From the NCBI RefSeq assembly GCF_009914755.1, contig NC_060930.1: 64,000 nucleotides of DNA, one strand, 5' to 3'. A model generated the notes under the pieces. That model was not told the origin of the DNA, did no database searches, and was given only the letters and a program-made list of their open reading frames with translations. The DNA comes from the human T2T-CHM13v2.0 reference genome, Homo sapiens. Below, in pieces: positions 1 to 13,378 of the stretch (position 1 is the stretch's first letter; each line of letters begins with the position of its first letter). The position numbers and the translations under genes are program-made.

Positions 1-148
1 ACGGTAGGCAATTCTAACATGACAGTAATTATTTATGTATCTTAACATATCTAAACATAGACAAAGCACAGTAAAATATGATATTATAATCTTATGGGGA
101 CCAAAGACAAACCATATAATTTTACAGTTGTTACGTGGTACATGACTG
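1..148 (+). mobile_element. Tigger3/Golem (MER7-type) DNA transposon, 3' end
   Basis: CTAAACATAG..ACAGTAAAATATGATATTATAATCTTATGGG(G)ACCA..CATGACTG matches the Tigger3-family right end and terminal inverted repeat (TIR). Confidence 0.7.
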
Positions 149-159
149 CATACGAAGGA

Positions 160-1238
160 CTAACTCAACAGGTAAACAATTATCGAACAACTAAGCTCAG
201 CAATAAGAAAATAAACAACTCAAAACATGGACAAAAGACCCAAGAACAGATAGATATCTTACCAATAATTATATTAATATGAGAAATAAACATATGAAAA
301 GATTTTCATCATCACATATCATTAGGAAATTGAAAATTAATAAGATATGAGTACATACCTATTAGAATGCAAAAAATCAAAACACTCATAATACTAAATA
401 CTAGGAGGATGAAGAGCAGCAGGAACTCTCATTCATTGTTGGTGAGAATTCACAATGGTACAGACACTTGTCAAGACAATTCAGCAGTTTTTACAAAACT
501 AATCATACTCTTACCAAGTGATTTACCAATTGTTTTCCTTGATATTTACCCAAATGAGTTGCAAACTTATGTCCATACAAAATTTGCACATATTTTTATA
601 GCAGCTGTATTTATAATAGCCAAAAGTTGGAAACAACCAAGATGTCCTTCAATAGGTGAAAGAATAAAGTGCTGCATCCATAAAATTGGAAATTATTACA
701 TGCTAAAAAGAAATGAGTTATCTAGCCAGGGAAAAGATATGACGGAAACATAAATGCAAATTAATAAGTGAAAGAAGTCAATCTGAAGGGGCTATATACC
801 ATATCAATCCAATGTCAAGACATTCTGGGAAAGGAGAAACTATGGAGACAGTAAAACGATCAGTGGTTGCCGGAAGTTCAGGGGGAGAGAAGGAAGGATG
901 AATGAATGGAGCACAAGGGGGAGTTAGGGCAGATAAATTACGTTATATGATGCTATAATGGTAAGTACTTGCCAGCAAACATCTATTCATATCCATAGAA
1001 TGAATAGCACAGTAAATAAATAAACTCTAAGGCGAATGTTAGACTTTGGTTGATAATGATGTGTCAATGTTGGTTCATCAGTTCTAAAAATTGTACCACA
1101 CTACTGTGGGACGTTGATGGTCACAGATCTTTGTGTAGAAAAGGAAAGGGTATCTGGGAATGCTCTGTAATTTTCTCTCATTTTTTTTTCTGTGACCCTA
1201 AAGTTTCTCTGGAAAATAGAGTCCATTAATTTAAAAAA
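160..1238 (+). mobile_element. L1MC1-like LINE-1 3' end (ORF2 tail and 3'UTR)
   Basis: CTAAAAAGAAATGAG..GACATTCTGGGAAAGG..ACTATGGAGACAGTAAAACGATCAGTGGTTGCC and GATAATGATGTGTCAATG are typical of the L1MC1 3'UTR; ORF 367-753 is a decayed ORF2 C-terminus (IFIAAVFIIAKSWKQPRCPS). Confidence 0.75.
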
Positions 1239-2598
1239 ACAATCAAACCTCTAGAGATAAAGATTACAGTATCTGAGGTAAAAATACATTGGCTGGTATT
1301 AAAGGGATTTTATACATGACAGGATAAGAGGTTATTGAACTAGAACATAGAGCAATAGGACTAAAATGAAGCACACTGAGAAAAAAAAAAGAACATAGCT
1401 TCAGTTATCTGTGGGAAAATTCATCTGCAAAGTCTGAGGTGAGGTGGAGGAAGAAAAATAGATATAAGAATAACTTGTTTTCAAATTTGATGAATACGAT
1501 AAACCTACAGATGTCAGAAGTTCAACAAACCCTAGGTATAAGAAATATTTTAAAAGGACACCATTACATCACAATATGACTGCTCAAAACTAACGATTAA
1601 AAATATATTCGAAGAAGTGATAAAAGTAATGACATTATGTACACAGGAACAAAAATAAAAATGATAGAAGATTTCTCAGTAATCTGCAGGTAAGAAGACA
1701 ATAGAGCAATATTGTTAAAGTATTGGAAAAAATACTGTCAGCCAAGAATTCTACACATAGATGAAATATCTTTTAAAAATAAAAGCAAAATATTTTTTTA
1801 GGTATACAATGCCAAAAGAATTAATCATAGACATATTTACTTTGTAAGAAATGATTTTTAAAGATTCTTTAATCAAAAGAAATATACCACATGAAGTATA
1901 GAGGTACATAAGGAATAAAAAAACTGGAAATGGAGACTACATAAGTAAATATATAATATATATTTTAATTACTTAATTCTCCAAAGGTGAATAGACTTTT
2001 TAAATAAAAATAATGATTTATGTGGTATATAACACAGAAGTAAATAGTGATATATATAATGAGAATTACATAAGGCTCAGGAGGGAAGAAATGGAAGTAT
2101 ACTACTGTCAACTCCTTGTACTATATATAAAATGATGTAATATTGCTGAAGGTAGGCAATGGTAAGTCAATGATGTGCATTTTAAACTCTAAAGGAAAAC
2201 ATATAATAAAACAGTATAAATTTAATAGGAAATAAATTGGATTGAAATATAGTCAGTTAATACAAAAGCATGCAAAACCATAGGAAAAGAAGGAGATAAT
2301 ACACAAATAGAAAGTCAGAAAACAAACAACATCTTGGTACATTTAACCCTAACCATATCAATAGTCTCACAAAAAGAGAATATCAGATTGTATTTTAAAA
2401 AGTAACATCCAACATATGTTGTCTGCAATAGCTTATTTTAAATATAAAGGCAATAATAGGTTATAAATCAAAGGATGGAAGAGATAAGCTGTGATAAAAC
2501 TAATTATTTGAAAACTATGTTGTCTGTATTAATAACAGAGAAAGTTGATTTCAGAGTAAATAACATGTCCATGGCTCACGATGATCATTTCATAATGA

Positions 2599-2883
<285 letters not shown>

Positions 2884-4484
2884 AGTGTTCAATTTTTTAA
2901 GAAAATACAATTCTAAGTGTTTATACATCTAATAACAGAATTTCAAAATAAATGAGGCAAAAATTGATAGAGAAAAATAGGCAAATACACAAATATAGTA
3001 TACAATTTCAATTCCCTCTCTCAAAAACTGATGTAATAAATATTAAAAATATTTTAAAAATTAAATAGAATATTTAAGACTTAAAAAAGCAACTGTCACA
3101 CAACTTGACCTAAGTAACATTTTAACATTCCCCAAATTGGAGATTTTCGTTCTTTTCATGTTCCAAATATAATATAATATATAAACAATATTCTGATCCA
3201 TGAAACAAGTTTTAGTAAATTTTAAAAGATTTAAGTAATATACTGCATGTTCTCTAATCACTTAAATTACACATAAATAACAAAAAAACTTTCTGAAAAA
3301 TTTCTGCATTTTTGGAATCTACATACTATACTTCTAAATTACCCATGGATCAAGTAAGATATAAAAAGGGAAAGTAGAAGATATTTTAAGCTGACTAAAA
3401 ATGAAAGCACATGTATTGAAAAGAAAAAGAAGTCTCGAAACAATGATGTCAATGTCCATCTTATTAAACTATAAAAAGGAGAGCCAGCTGAATCCAAAGC
3501 ATGCAAAAGGAAAAAAATGATCAAAATCAGAGTGGAAATCAGTGATGTAGGTAACAGTAAAACAATAGAGAACATCAATGAAGCCAAAACTCATTCTTAG
3601 AGCATATTAATAATATTGACAAATCTATAGTAATACTAGGGGAAAAAAGAGAGAAGACATAAATTGTAATATTCAAGAATCAGAGGTATGGCATCCATAC
3701 AGATTCTACAAATGATAAAAGGATAATCATGGAATAAGGCAACTTTATGTCAATATTTTTAACAAGTCACATTAAATAGACAAATTTTTTTGAAAGAGAA
3801 GCACTAAAACTCACTACAGGAAAATAATATAACCTTAATAGTTCTATATTGATTTTTCAAATTTAAATTTATAATATTTCTACAAAGAGACCTCCAGGAC
3901 CATATGGCTTCAATAATAAATTCTAACAAATATTTAAGGAAGAAATAATACCAATTTTTCAAATACAAACTTCCAGAAAATTGAGAAGGAAAGACTACTT
4001 CTATATTCATCCTATGGAGTTAACATCTTGATACCAAAACCAGAAATTACAGTTAAAAAAAACTATAACTATGTATAAATACAAAATTTCTCAAAAGATT
4101 TAGCAAATCAAATTTAACAATATATAAAATGGCAGTACAATATTACTAAGTTAAGCTTATCTCAAGAATGTAAACTTTTTTTGACATTTAAAATGGTGAC
4201 ATTTATATCACCACATATATGTGTATAAAGAAAACAAAACATGCTGTATACCTTAAATGTATATAATAGAAGCAAAACAGTAACATTTATGAAAATAAAA
4301 ACACTGAAATTTGAAAATATGTGACAGTTTTAAAGCCCACTAATGAAGCGTCACAAAGGTGTTACAAATAGAATATTTTAAATATATTCAAGCTTGATTT
4401 TCACCTACTTTGGAGCATAAATAAAGTCAGGGATCTGAAACATTGCAAACTTACATCATTCCACAGATTTTGGTTTGGTGCTTC

Positions 4485-5170
4485 TTTTTTTAAAAAAAAT
4501 TATTTATTTTTATTTCAATAGGTTTTTGAGCAACAGGTGGTGTTTGGTTACATGAAAACGTTTTTTAGTGGTGATTTCTGGGATTTTGGTGCACTCATCA
4601 CCCGAGCAGTGTAGACTGTACCCAATGTGTAGTCTTTTATCCCTTGCCACCTTCCACCCTTTCCCTGGAGTACCCAAAGTCTATTGTATTGTTTTTATGC
4701 CTTTGTATACTCATAGCTTAGCTCCCACAGATGAGTGAGAACATACAATGTTTGGTTTTCCATTCTTGAGTTAATTCACTTGGAATAATAGTCTCCAATT
4801 CCATCCAGGTTGCTGTGAATGCCATAATTTCGTTTCTTTTTTATGGCCGAGTGGTATTCCATGGTGTGTGTGTGTATATGTCACATTTTCTTTATCCATT
4901 CATTGATGGATGGGCATTTAGACTGGTTCTATATATTTGAAATTGCAAATTGTACTTCTATAAACATGAATGTGCAAGTATCTTTTTCGTATAATGATTT
5001 CTTTTCCTATAAGTAGATACCTAGTACTGGGATTGCTGGATCAAATGATAGATGGATTTTTAGTTCTTTAAGGAATCTCCACTATGTTTTCTATAGCGGT
5101 TGTACTAGTCTACATTCCCACTGACTGTGAAAGTGTTCCCTTTTCACTGCATCCACAACAACATCTATTG
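4485..5170 (-). mobile_element. L1PB 3' end
   Basis: TTTAGTGGTGATTTCTGGGATTTTGGTGCACTCATCACCCGAGCAGTGTA..GTACCCAATGTGTAGTC is the L1PB 3'UTR in antisense; T-rich tail at the left end. Confidence 0.8.
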
Positions 5171-7284
5171 AAAGTCAATCAATATAATTTATCATGTTAA
5201 CACACTAAAATATAAAAGTCATGTAATTATTTCCATAGATATAGAACATATCTTTTGACATCATCTTACATGCATTTCTAGTTTTTTAGTAAAGCAACTA
5301 TGCAAACCATGAGTAAAAATAAATAATTCAACTTAATAAAGAGCATTTTTACTTAGTGTTGAAAGATTAAATCCTTCTCCCAAGAAGCAGGCATAGGACA
5401 AGAATGCTTACTGACAATACAATTATTTAACATGTTATGGAGGTACTAGCTAATTTAATACAGCAAGTAAAGAAAATAAAAAGATTCTAGATTAAATAGG
5501 ATGAAGTATTAATCCTCCTTTCCAGTGATGATATAATTTCTCTATAGAAAATATGATAAAAAATTTTAAAGCTACTAGAACTAACCAGTCTGTCTGGCAA
5601 TGTTGCAGGACACAAGATTTATACATATTAAACATGATGAAAATCAATGTAATACACCATATCAATGGAATAAAGGACAATTCATGCAATCATCTCAATA
5701 GATAATGAAAAATGTTTGGCAAAATCTAAGATATTTTCATGATTAAACACTAGAGAAAGAAGGCAACTCCTTCAGTCAGATAAAGAACATTTACAAAAAC
5801 CTTCAGCTAACATTATATTTAATCATAAAAGAATAAAAGTTTTCCCCCTTAGAACAGGAGCAAGACAAGGCTGTCCTCTCTGTCTACTTTGATAAAATTT
5901 TGTAATAATGTTCTAGCCTAAACAATTAGGTTCTAATAAAAATAAGAGCCATTCAGATAGTAAAGGGAGAAGTAAAATTCTCTCTATTTTCAGATGACAT
6001 AATTTTGTTTACATAAAATTCTAAATAACACACAATACACACTATTAGACATATAACCATTAGCTCTAATAAACTAATTCAGCAAGTTTGCAGGATACAA
6101 GTTCAATATACAAAAATCAACTATACCTCCAAACACTAGCAGTGAACAATCTAAAAATAAAACTAAAGAACCAATTCCATTTACAATAGTATCAAGCAAA
6201 ATAAAATATTTAGGAATAAATTTAAAAGGAGAAGACGTGTACTGAAAACTACAAAATAGTAATTAAAATAATTAAAGAAGACCTTAATAAATGAAAAACA
6301 ATCTCAGGTTAAAGGCTCAATATTGTTAATATGTGGCAATACTCCTCAAATTTTTCTATACATTCAACCTAATCTCTATCAATATCCCAGGTGAATATTT
6401 TGCAGAAATGGAAAAACTAATACTAACTTTCATATGGAAATGTACGAGACCCAAAACAGCCAAAGCAATGTTGAAAAATGACAAGTTTGAAGGACTCATA
6501 GTTTCTAATTTTGAAATTTACTAAAAACTTCCACTAATCAAGACAGTGTGGTACTGACTTAATTATAGGCATATAGATTAATAGAATGATATGGGAACTC
6601 CAGAAACAGACAAATTTATTTACTGTCAATTGATTTTTAGAATGGTGCCAAAATGGGAAAAGAATATTGCTTTCAACAAACGATACTGAAATCTCTAGAT
6701 ACCCATATGTAAAATGAAGTAGTAACCCTTCACACCATATACAAGAATTAACTAAAAATAGCATAAAGACCTCAATGTGAATTGAAAGTATAAAACTTTT
6801 GGAAGAAAATATAAGTGTAAATCTTTGAGACCTTGGATTAGGCAATGGTTTATTAAATATGACACCTAAAACACAGAAACAAACAAAAAATAGGTAAGTT
6901 TGACCTCATTAAAATTAAAAATATTTGTGCCTCAAAGGATACTATAATGAAAGTGAAAAGTTGTTTCATTCAGAGAATTCAAGAAAATATTTGCAAATCA
7001 TATGTCTGATCAGTCTATTATATGTAGTATATAAAGAACTCAAATTAACACTAAAAATACAAATAATCCAATTAATAAACAAGAAAAGAATTTGAATAGA
7101 CATTTCTCCAAAGAAGGAATAACTGTATAAAGGGCCAATAAGCACAGGAAATGATGCAGAAAGTCATTAGTCATTAGGGAAATACCAGTAAAAATGACAA
7201 TAATATGCCATTTCACACCTATTAGGATGGCTGTAAATTTTTAAAGTAAATAATAACACATTATTGTGGTTGTGGAGAAAATGG

Positions 7285-7497
7285 AACCCTCAAATATATA
7301 CATATATATGTATATACATATACATACATATATGTATGTATATGTATATAACCCTCAAATATATACATATATACGTATACACGTATACATATATACATAT
7401 ATATACACATATATATACGTATATATACGTATACACATATATACATATATACGTATATATACACATATAAGTATATACGTATATATTATATATATAT
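7285..7497. repeat. (TA/TACA/TACG)n compound microsatellite inside L1MB
   Basis: About 200 bp of alternating purine-pyrimidine sequence; anchor AACCCTCAAATATATACATATATA repeated at 7285 and 7350. Confidence 0.95.
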
Positions 7498-7818
7498 TTT
7501 TTTTACTGGTTGGAATGTAAAATGATGAAACCACTTTTAAATATACTTCAGCAGGTCCTCAAAAAAGTTAAACTTTGAGTTATAAGACCCAGCAATTCCT
7601 CTTATAGAACTAAAAACGTTTCACACAAAAATATGTAGATGAATTTTCATAGCATCATTTTCAACAATAGCCAAAAATGTGGAAACAACCAAAAAGCACA
7701 TCAATGGATAAATGAATAGGCAAAATTTAGAATATCCAAACAATGGAATATTATTTAACCATACAAGGAATAAAGTACTGAAACATGCTACCACATGGAT
7801 AAGCCTTGACAGCATTAT

Positions 7819-8229
7819 TTTTATGGTTTAAATGTCTGTCGGCCTCAAAGTTCAAAAATCATTTGTAAATTTAATCCCCAAGCAACAGTATTAAGAGTTG
7901 GAGCTGTTAGGAGGTGATTAGGCCACAAGGAGTCTACCCTCATAGCTAACATTAGTGCCTTATAAAGGGCTGGTCCAGGAAACTAACTAGGCTCTTTTTG
8001 CTTTTTAATCCCTTCTGCCATGTGAGGACATAGCATTCATCCCTTTTGGAGGATGTAGCAACAAGGTACCAACTGGAAAGTAAACATTAGACTTTCACCT
8101 GCCACCAAACCTGCCAGAGCCTTCATCTTGGAATTCCTAGCTTCTAGAGCTGCAAGAAATACATGGATATTGTTTATAAATTACTCAGTCTCAATTACTT
8201 TCTTATAGCAGCACAAAGGAACTAAGAAA
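7819..8229 (+). mobile_element. MSTD-like MaLR solo LTR
   Basis: TATGGTTT start, GCCATGTGAGGACATAGC..GGAGGATGTAGCAACAAGG core, ACTAAGA end; 5-bp TSD ATTAT (7814 and 8230). Confidence 0.8.
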
Positions 8230-9141
8230 ATTATACTAAGTAAAAGAAGTGAGATACAAAAGATCACGTTGTATGTCTCCAGACTTGGGTCCATAGAGAC
8301 AGAAATTAAATTAGTGGTTGCCAAGGCTGAGGGAATGTGTGGAGGGAGGATGACTGCTAATGGATGCAGGGTTTATCAATTGTATTTAACAAACTACTGG
8401 AAGTTAAACTTTACAGCAGCATCACATATAAAATAATCAGAATAAATCTGATGAATTTCAAGACCTGTATATTAAAAACTAAAAACAGATAGCTGGGAAA
8501 TTTAAAGTAGCTCTAAATTAATGGAGTGATATGCCCTGTTAATGGGTTGGAAAAAATAATATCACTAGGATGTCAATTCACTTCAAATTTATCTATATTT
8601 TCAAAGCCATTCAAATCAAAACTGCAGAAGATTTTTCATTAAGAAATTGTAAACATGATTTCAAAATTTATATGAAAATGCATAGAACAAAAAATGACTA
8701 ATATAACTGTAAAAATAAGAACAATATTGCAAGAATATTACCTGATTTCAAACTTTATTATAAAGTAACAATCATCAAAACAATGTGGTATTATTGTCAA
8801 TAATTGTTAGAAACAAAATACTTAATAAATCACTGAAATTTTTTCAGAAATTACCAAAAATTAAGTAAGTCCAAACATTATACATCAGCAGAGAGAGGTC
8901 ATTCTCCCCAGCCCACTTATAACTTTAAATTGTATAATTTAAAACCAATGTGAGATTGTTTGAGTAGGAGTAAGAACTTTTTTCACGAAAAGTATCAATA
9001 CAGAAATTGATAAATTGGCAAGCAATACAGTCATGTGTCAGCTTAATTTTGAATTAAATACAAATATTTTTCAAAAAAGTTCTAAAGGAGTTTTGTGATT
9101 ACATTTTATAAATGTTGATCCAGTTGATCACTTGTACTTTA

Positions 9142-9486
9142 CAGGTGTCCCCAACCCCTGGGCTGTGGACTGGTACTAGTCCCCAGACTGTTAGGAACCA
9201 GGCCACACAGAAGGTGAGCTGCGGGTGAGCAAGCATTACTGCCTGTGCTTTGCCTCCTGTCAGATCAGCTGGGCATTACATTCTCATAAAAGCGAGAACC
9301 CTGTTGTGAACAGCACAGTGAGGGATCTAGATTGTGGGCTCCTTATGAGAATCTAATGCCTGATGATCTGAGGTGGAACAGTTTCATCCCAAAACCATGT
9401 CTCATCCCATTCAATCCCATCACTGTCCCTGGAAAAATCGTCTTCCACAAAATAGGGCCCTGGTACAAAAAGGTTGGGGACTGCTT
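9142..9486 (+). mobile_element. MER1B (hAT-Charlie MITE)
   Basis: CAGGTGTCCCCAACCCC...GGTTGGGGACTG TIRs; internal CTCCTTATGAGAATCTAATGCCTGATGATCTGAGGTGGAACAG. Confidence 0.88.
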
Positions 9487-10728
9487 CTATAGAACATGTT
9501 TCTTATGTTTCTTTTAGGTAAATGCATGCTGCCTTCTTTATTTTCTGTAATTCTAACTTTGTTTACTGTTACACTTTTCATATGTTATTATTATTTGTTT
9601 CCTGATTAGTTTAAGTCATAAATGAAAGCAGATGTGAAACATTATCATTCATTTTATAATCGATAGACCTTACAAGTAGGTGAATCAATTATAAACACTG
9701 TGAGTTGGTCTAAATTTCATAGATTCTTACGGGGTCAGTATCTTCTTGGAAAATCAGATTTCCTTCACAAAATGTAGATGAATCACTCTCCAATAAATAT
9801 TTAAGGAATTGCAGCAGTACAGTGTTGTCATTAAATTGCTATTTGTGAGTGACACTTTTGAAATCTGTGATTATTCATGTAATTTTGAAACATTAAAGGC
9901 TCTAATGTCAGCAAAAATAACTACAGAATTTTTGCAGAGTAGGAGTGCTACATACTGAAATAAGCATTTACATGATATGATTTTAGACTAGTTACATAAA
10001 TGCAATTCCAAATGTCCTTTTAATATATGCAAGGCATCTTTCTGGAAACTACCAGAAAACATTGATCACAAAGATAATGCTTTCTAATTACATGATCCAA
10101 GTGTTGTCATAGGCTAACTCACTTGATTCTCTGTACAACCATTAGCAACTGTAATCTCCATTACAGATGGGAAAGCTAAGGAATAGAAAGATTAAGTAAC
10201 TTTTCCAGGTTTAAACAACAGGTGTACTATGATTATATAAGAAAATAAAAGCAGCCTGACTCTCAGGTAGGTTACTTTTCTAGTAACTCTCTTCAGATAT
10301 GACTGGAAATGGCATAAGTGATTACCGCCTCAAAACATATATCTGTAACATGTATAACCTATTTTTTTTTTAGCTTGAGATATAAACAGAGTTTCTTCTC
10401 CATTTAAACTGGAAGTAATCACAACTCTGAAGCCATAGCTGCCAAGTTAACAGGAAGTCCATATTTACCTACATTCCCTCCCATCGGCTTTCTTGTGTCT
10501 CTAAGATTGCCCAGAAAGATTTATTTATGTCTTAGAATTTGTCTCACTTGTCCTTGCTCTCTGCTGCTGTATCAAGAACTCAGAGAACTCTGCAACCCCT
10601 AGCCTGCTGGAATGGTTGTTCCTGGGCTACTATTGTCTATCCATAAACTGGATATTTACATGCCTGCACCTTATACAACAACATTATGATTTCATATTGA
10701 AACACAAGGGATAAAACATCTTGCTGAT

Positions 10729-11274
10729 TGTGGACCCAGGAAATCTGAGACAGGTCTTAGTTAATTTAGAAAGTTATTTTGAAAGTTTATTTCTAAATTA
10801 AAGTTTAATAAAATTTAAACTTTAATTTAGAAAGTTTATTTTGCCAAGGTTGAGGATGCATGCCCATGATACAGCCTCAGGAAATCCTGACAATATGTAC
10901 CCAAGGTGGTCAGAGCACAGTTTAGTTTATACCCAAACTGTTTGTTTAAACAGACATGAGACATCAATCAATATATGTAAGAAGTACATTGGTTCGGTCT
11001 GGAAAGGCGGGAGATCTCGAAGGAAAAGCAGGAAGACTGGAAGCTGGAAGCAGGGAGGGGGCCTCCTGGTCACAGATAGGTGAGAGGCAAACTGTTGCAT
11101 TATTTTGAGTTTCTGATTAGCCTTCCCAAATGAGGCAATCAGATATGCATTTATCTCAGTGAACAGAGGGATAACTTGCAACAGAATGGGAGGCAGGTTT
11201 GCCGTATGCCTTTCCCAGTTGAATTTTCCCTTTAGTTTAGTGATTTTGGAGGCCCAAGATATTTTCTTTTCATA
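10729..11274 (-). mobile_element. MER4A/MER4A1 solo LTR (ERV1)
   Basis: Reverse complement begins ..GAAAAGAAAATATCTTGGGCCTCCAAAATCACTAAACTAAAGGGAAAA; contains CCTTGGCAAAATAAACTTTCTAAATTAA; near-TSD TGAT/TAAT. Confidence 0.85.
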
Positions 11275-11649
11275 TAATCTATACCGTGCATGACTAAAGA
11301 GAAGCAAGAAAAGTAAAGGAGAAAGTCCCAAGAAAACCACAATTATAACCTTAATCCTGCTTTAACTACTATAACTTGCTAGGTGAAATGCATTTAAAGT
11401 TTCACTACTATAGGGCTCTGAAGCAGCCACTTATCCTTGTCATCACGGAGACTTGATCTCCAACATTGCTGCAGCTAGAGTCTTGCAGTTGTGACTTGAT
11501 GAAACCTGGACATTCTGTGAAGATATCCACCAATCTGTCTTCTCCTCTGGGTAAAACCCAGTGACCAAGTCATAACCTCCACTTCTGAGCCAGACAATCA
11601 AAATGGTCATCAGTGAAGGATAGAGAAGGGGTACAGAAAGCAAAATTAT

Positions 11650-11920
11650 TTTCTTTTGATGTTTTACTTTGAAATAAATATAAATTCAAAGAAAGTTACA
11701 AAAATAGTATAGGAGTTCCGTATATCTTCACCTAATTTTCCCCAGTGTGACACATTATGTCGTTGCAGTACAACATCAATACCAAGAAATTGACATTGGT
11801 ATATGATGATTAACTAGGCTACAGATCTTACTCACTTTTCACCATTTTTAACCTGCATTTGTGTGTGTGTGTTTCTATGCAATTTCATCCCATTCATAGA
11901 TTCACTTATTTCATGTATAG
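11650..11920 (-). mobile_element. L1MC/L1MD 3'UTR fragment
   Basis: ACCAAGAAATTGACATTGGTA..CATTTGTGTGTGTGTG..CTATGCAATTT antisense L1M 3'UTR motif. Confidence 0.6.
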
Positions 11921-12319
11921 ATTTATATCCCATAGGTAGATTTGTTATTTATATCAATGATTTTTTAGGTCTAGAACCAGTGCATTCTGTTCATTCCTAT
12001 CTATAGTATACAAGCTACCCCGCTAGTACACATGATAAAATGTTTTATAAGTATCTCATTGCCAAGCCCTGCTCTTGAACTTAACAGTCCTGGTATAATA
12101 ATTTGGAACACAATGAAGAGGTTGAGTTTCCAGTTCCTTTTTCAAAAGAGAAGCCTCCTCTTTTATGGAAATCAGAAATAGAAACCCATGGATGGTGAGA
12201 AGATGAGCTTTGTCCAATTCAGTCATGTAGCTTCTGCCCACTGTGGCTCCTGGACATATCAGAGGAGCTTGTTCCCTCTATACTTCAGTTAGAGTACAGT
12301 CAGAATGCCATACATATCC

Positions 12320-13230
12320 AATTGTACATGGGACATTTCTGTTTGGATGTCCTAAATCCCTTCCAGCTCATCATTCACCAAACTATACTTCTCAACTTTG
12401 TTTTTCAGCGTCCATTTTTTCAAGTATTTCCAATTTGTGAAAAATGCCATTATAAAGTTAATCAGATACCTTGACAGATCCTTGGCTTTTTTTCATCGGC
12501 ATCTGCCTCCTCCAAATTTATTACCAAATTATGGCAACTGTATATCTTCCCCATCTACTGCCTTACTCACACTCTCTCAGCCCTGGCCATATTTAGGCCC
12601 TTACATTTTTTGTTTTTGTTTTTGTTTTTGTTTTGACTGAATGATATCATTTGTTTTTTAGTTGGTCTTTCTGTTTCCACAATGACTTAATGTATCTCTT
12701 ATATTCTACTCTAATGCCGGAATAAATTTCAATAATATACAGTGTATTAAATGCTAGTCATTACATTCACCATGGCTATAAGATGCAGTAAAAATTCCTT
12801 AGGATTATATTAATTTTTCTTTATAATTTTGCCAAATCTATCGTTCTAGTCTCATTTTCTTCAAGTTCTCTTCTGGTGGTTGAGGCTCCTGTGAATATAA
12901 AGCTACCAGATATTCATTGAGTCCAAAATCTTCTCTTGCACCTTCATGCCTTTGAAAATAGTCTCTCAGTTCTTGGTTGTGCTTAAATATCAGTACTTGC
13001 TTTCTTCAATCACAGACTCCTATTCATCTTTCAGAAGAACTCCTCTTCTCCAAAAAGCATTCTCTTGTTAGCACTCCACCCAGCAAGGTACCTGAAATAC
13101 ATTAGAAGGTACGATACTACAATATACTTTTCAGCTTCCACTCTGAACTGGAAGACACTGACTATGAGAACTGTTACTTATTTTTATATTCTGAGCATTT
13201 TGGATATTATAATTTTCATGAATATTTGTT
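12320..13230 (+). mobile_element. Degenerate L2 fragments
   Basis: GGACATTTCTGTTTGGATGTCC motif, pyrimidine-rich body, ending in AATATTTGTTAAAT like an L2 3' end. Confidence 0.4.
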
Positions 13231-13378
13231 AAATTTTTAAAAAGTTATAAATAAAATTTATAAAACTAAAATTAGTAGAATGGTATTACTGGAAGTTACC
13301 TGAGAAATTATTTTGCTTATAGTTTTAATTTTATGGATTATAAAATTGAGACCTAGAGAGATCTCCAACAAAGACAAG

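Larger units (their letters stand above)
5632..8375 (+). mobile_element. L1MB-type ORF2 3' half and 3'UTR, nested in the older L1
   Basis: RT and C-terminal motifs (TTTTCAGATGACATA encodes F-S-D-D; ORF 6333-6524 is ORF2-like); 3'UTR CCATAGAGACAGAAA..TTAGTGGTTGCCAAGG..ACTGCTAATGG. Confidence 0.7.

Noticed and set aside
7261-7520. Y/I/H/T-rich ORFs (also 13331-13716 and 49132-49432)
   Set aside because: Microsatellite translations.
9027-9048. TACAGTCATGTGTCAGCTTAA resembling a Tigger TIR
   Set aside because: Too short, with no continuing homology or partner TIR.
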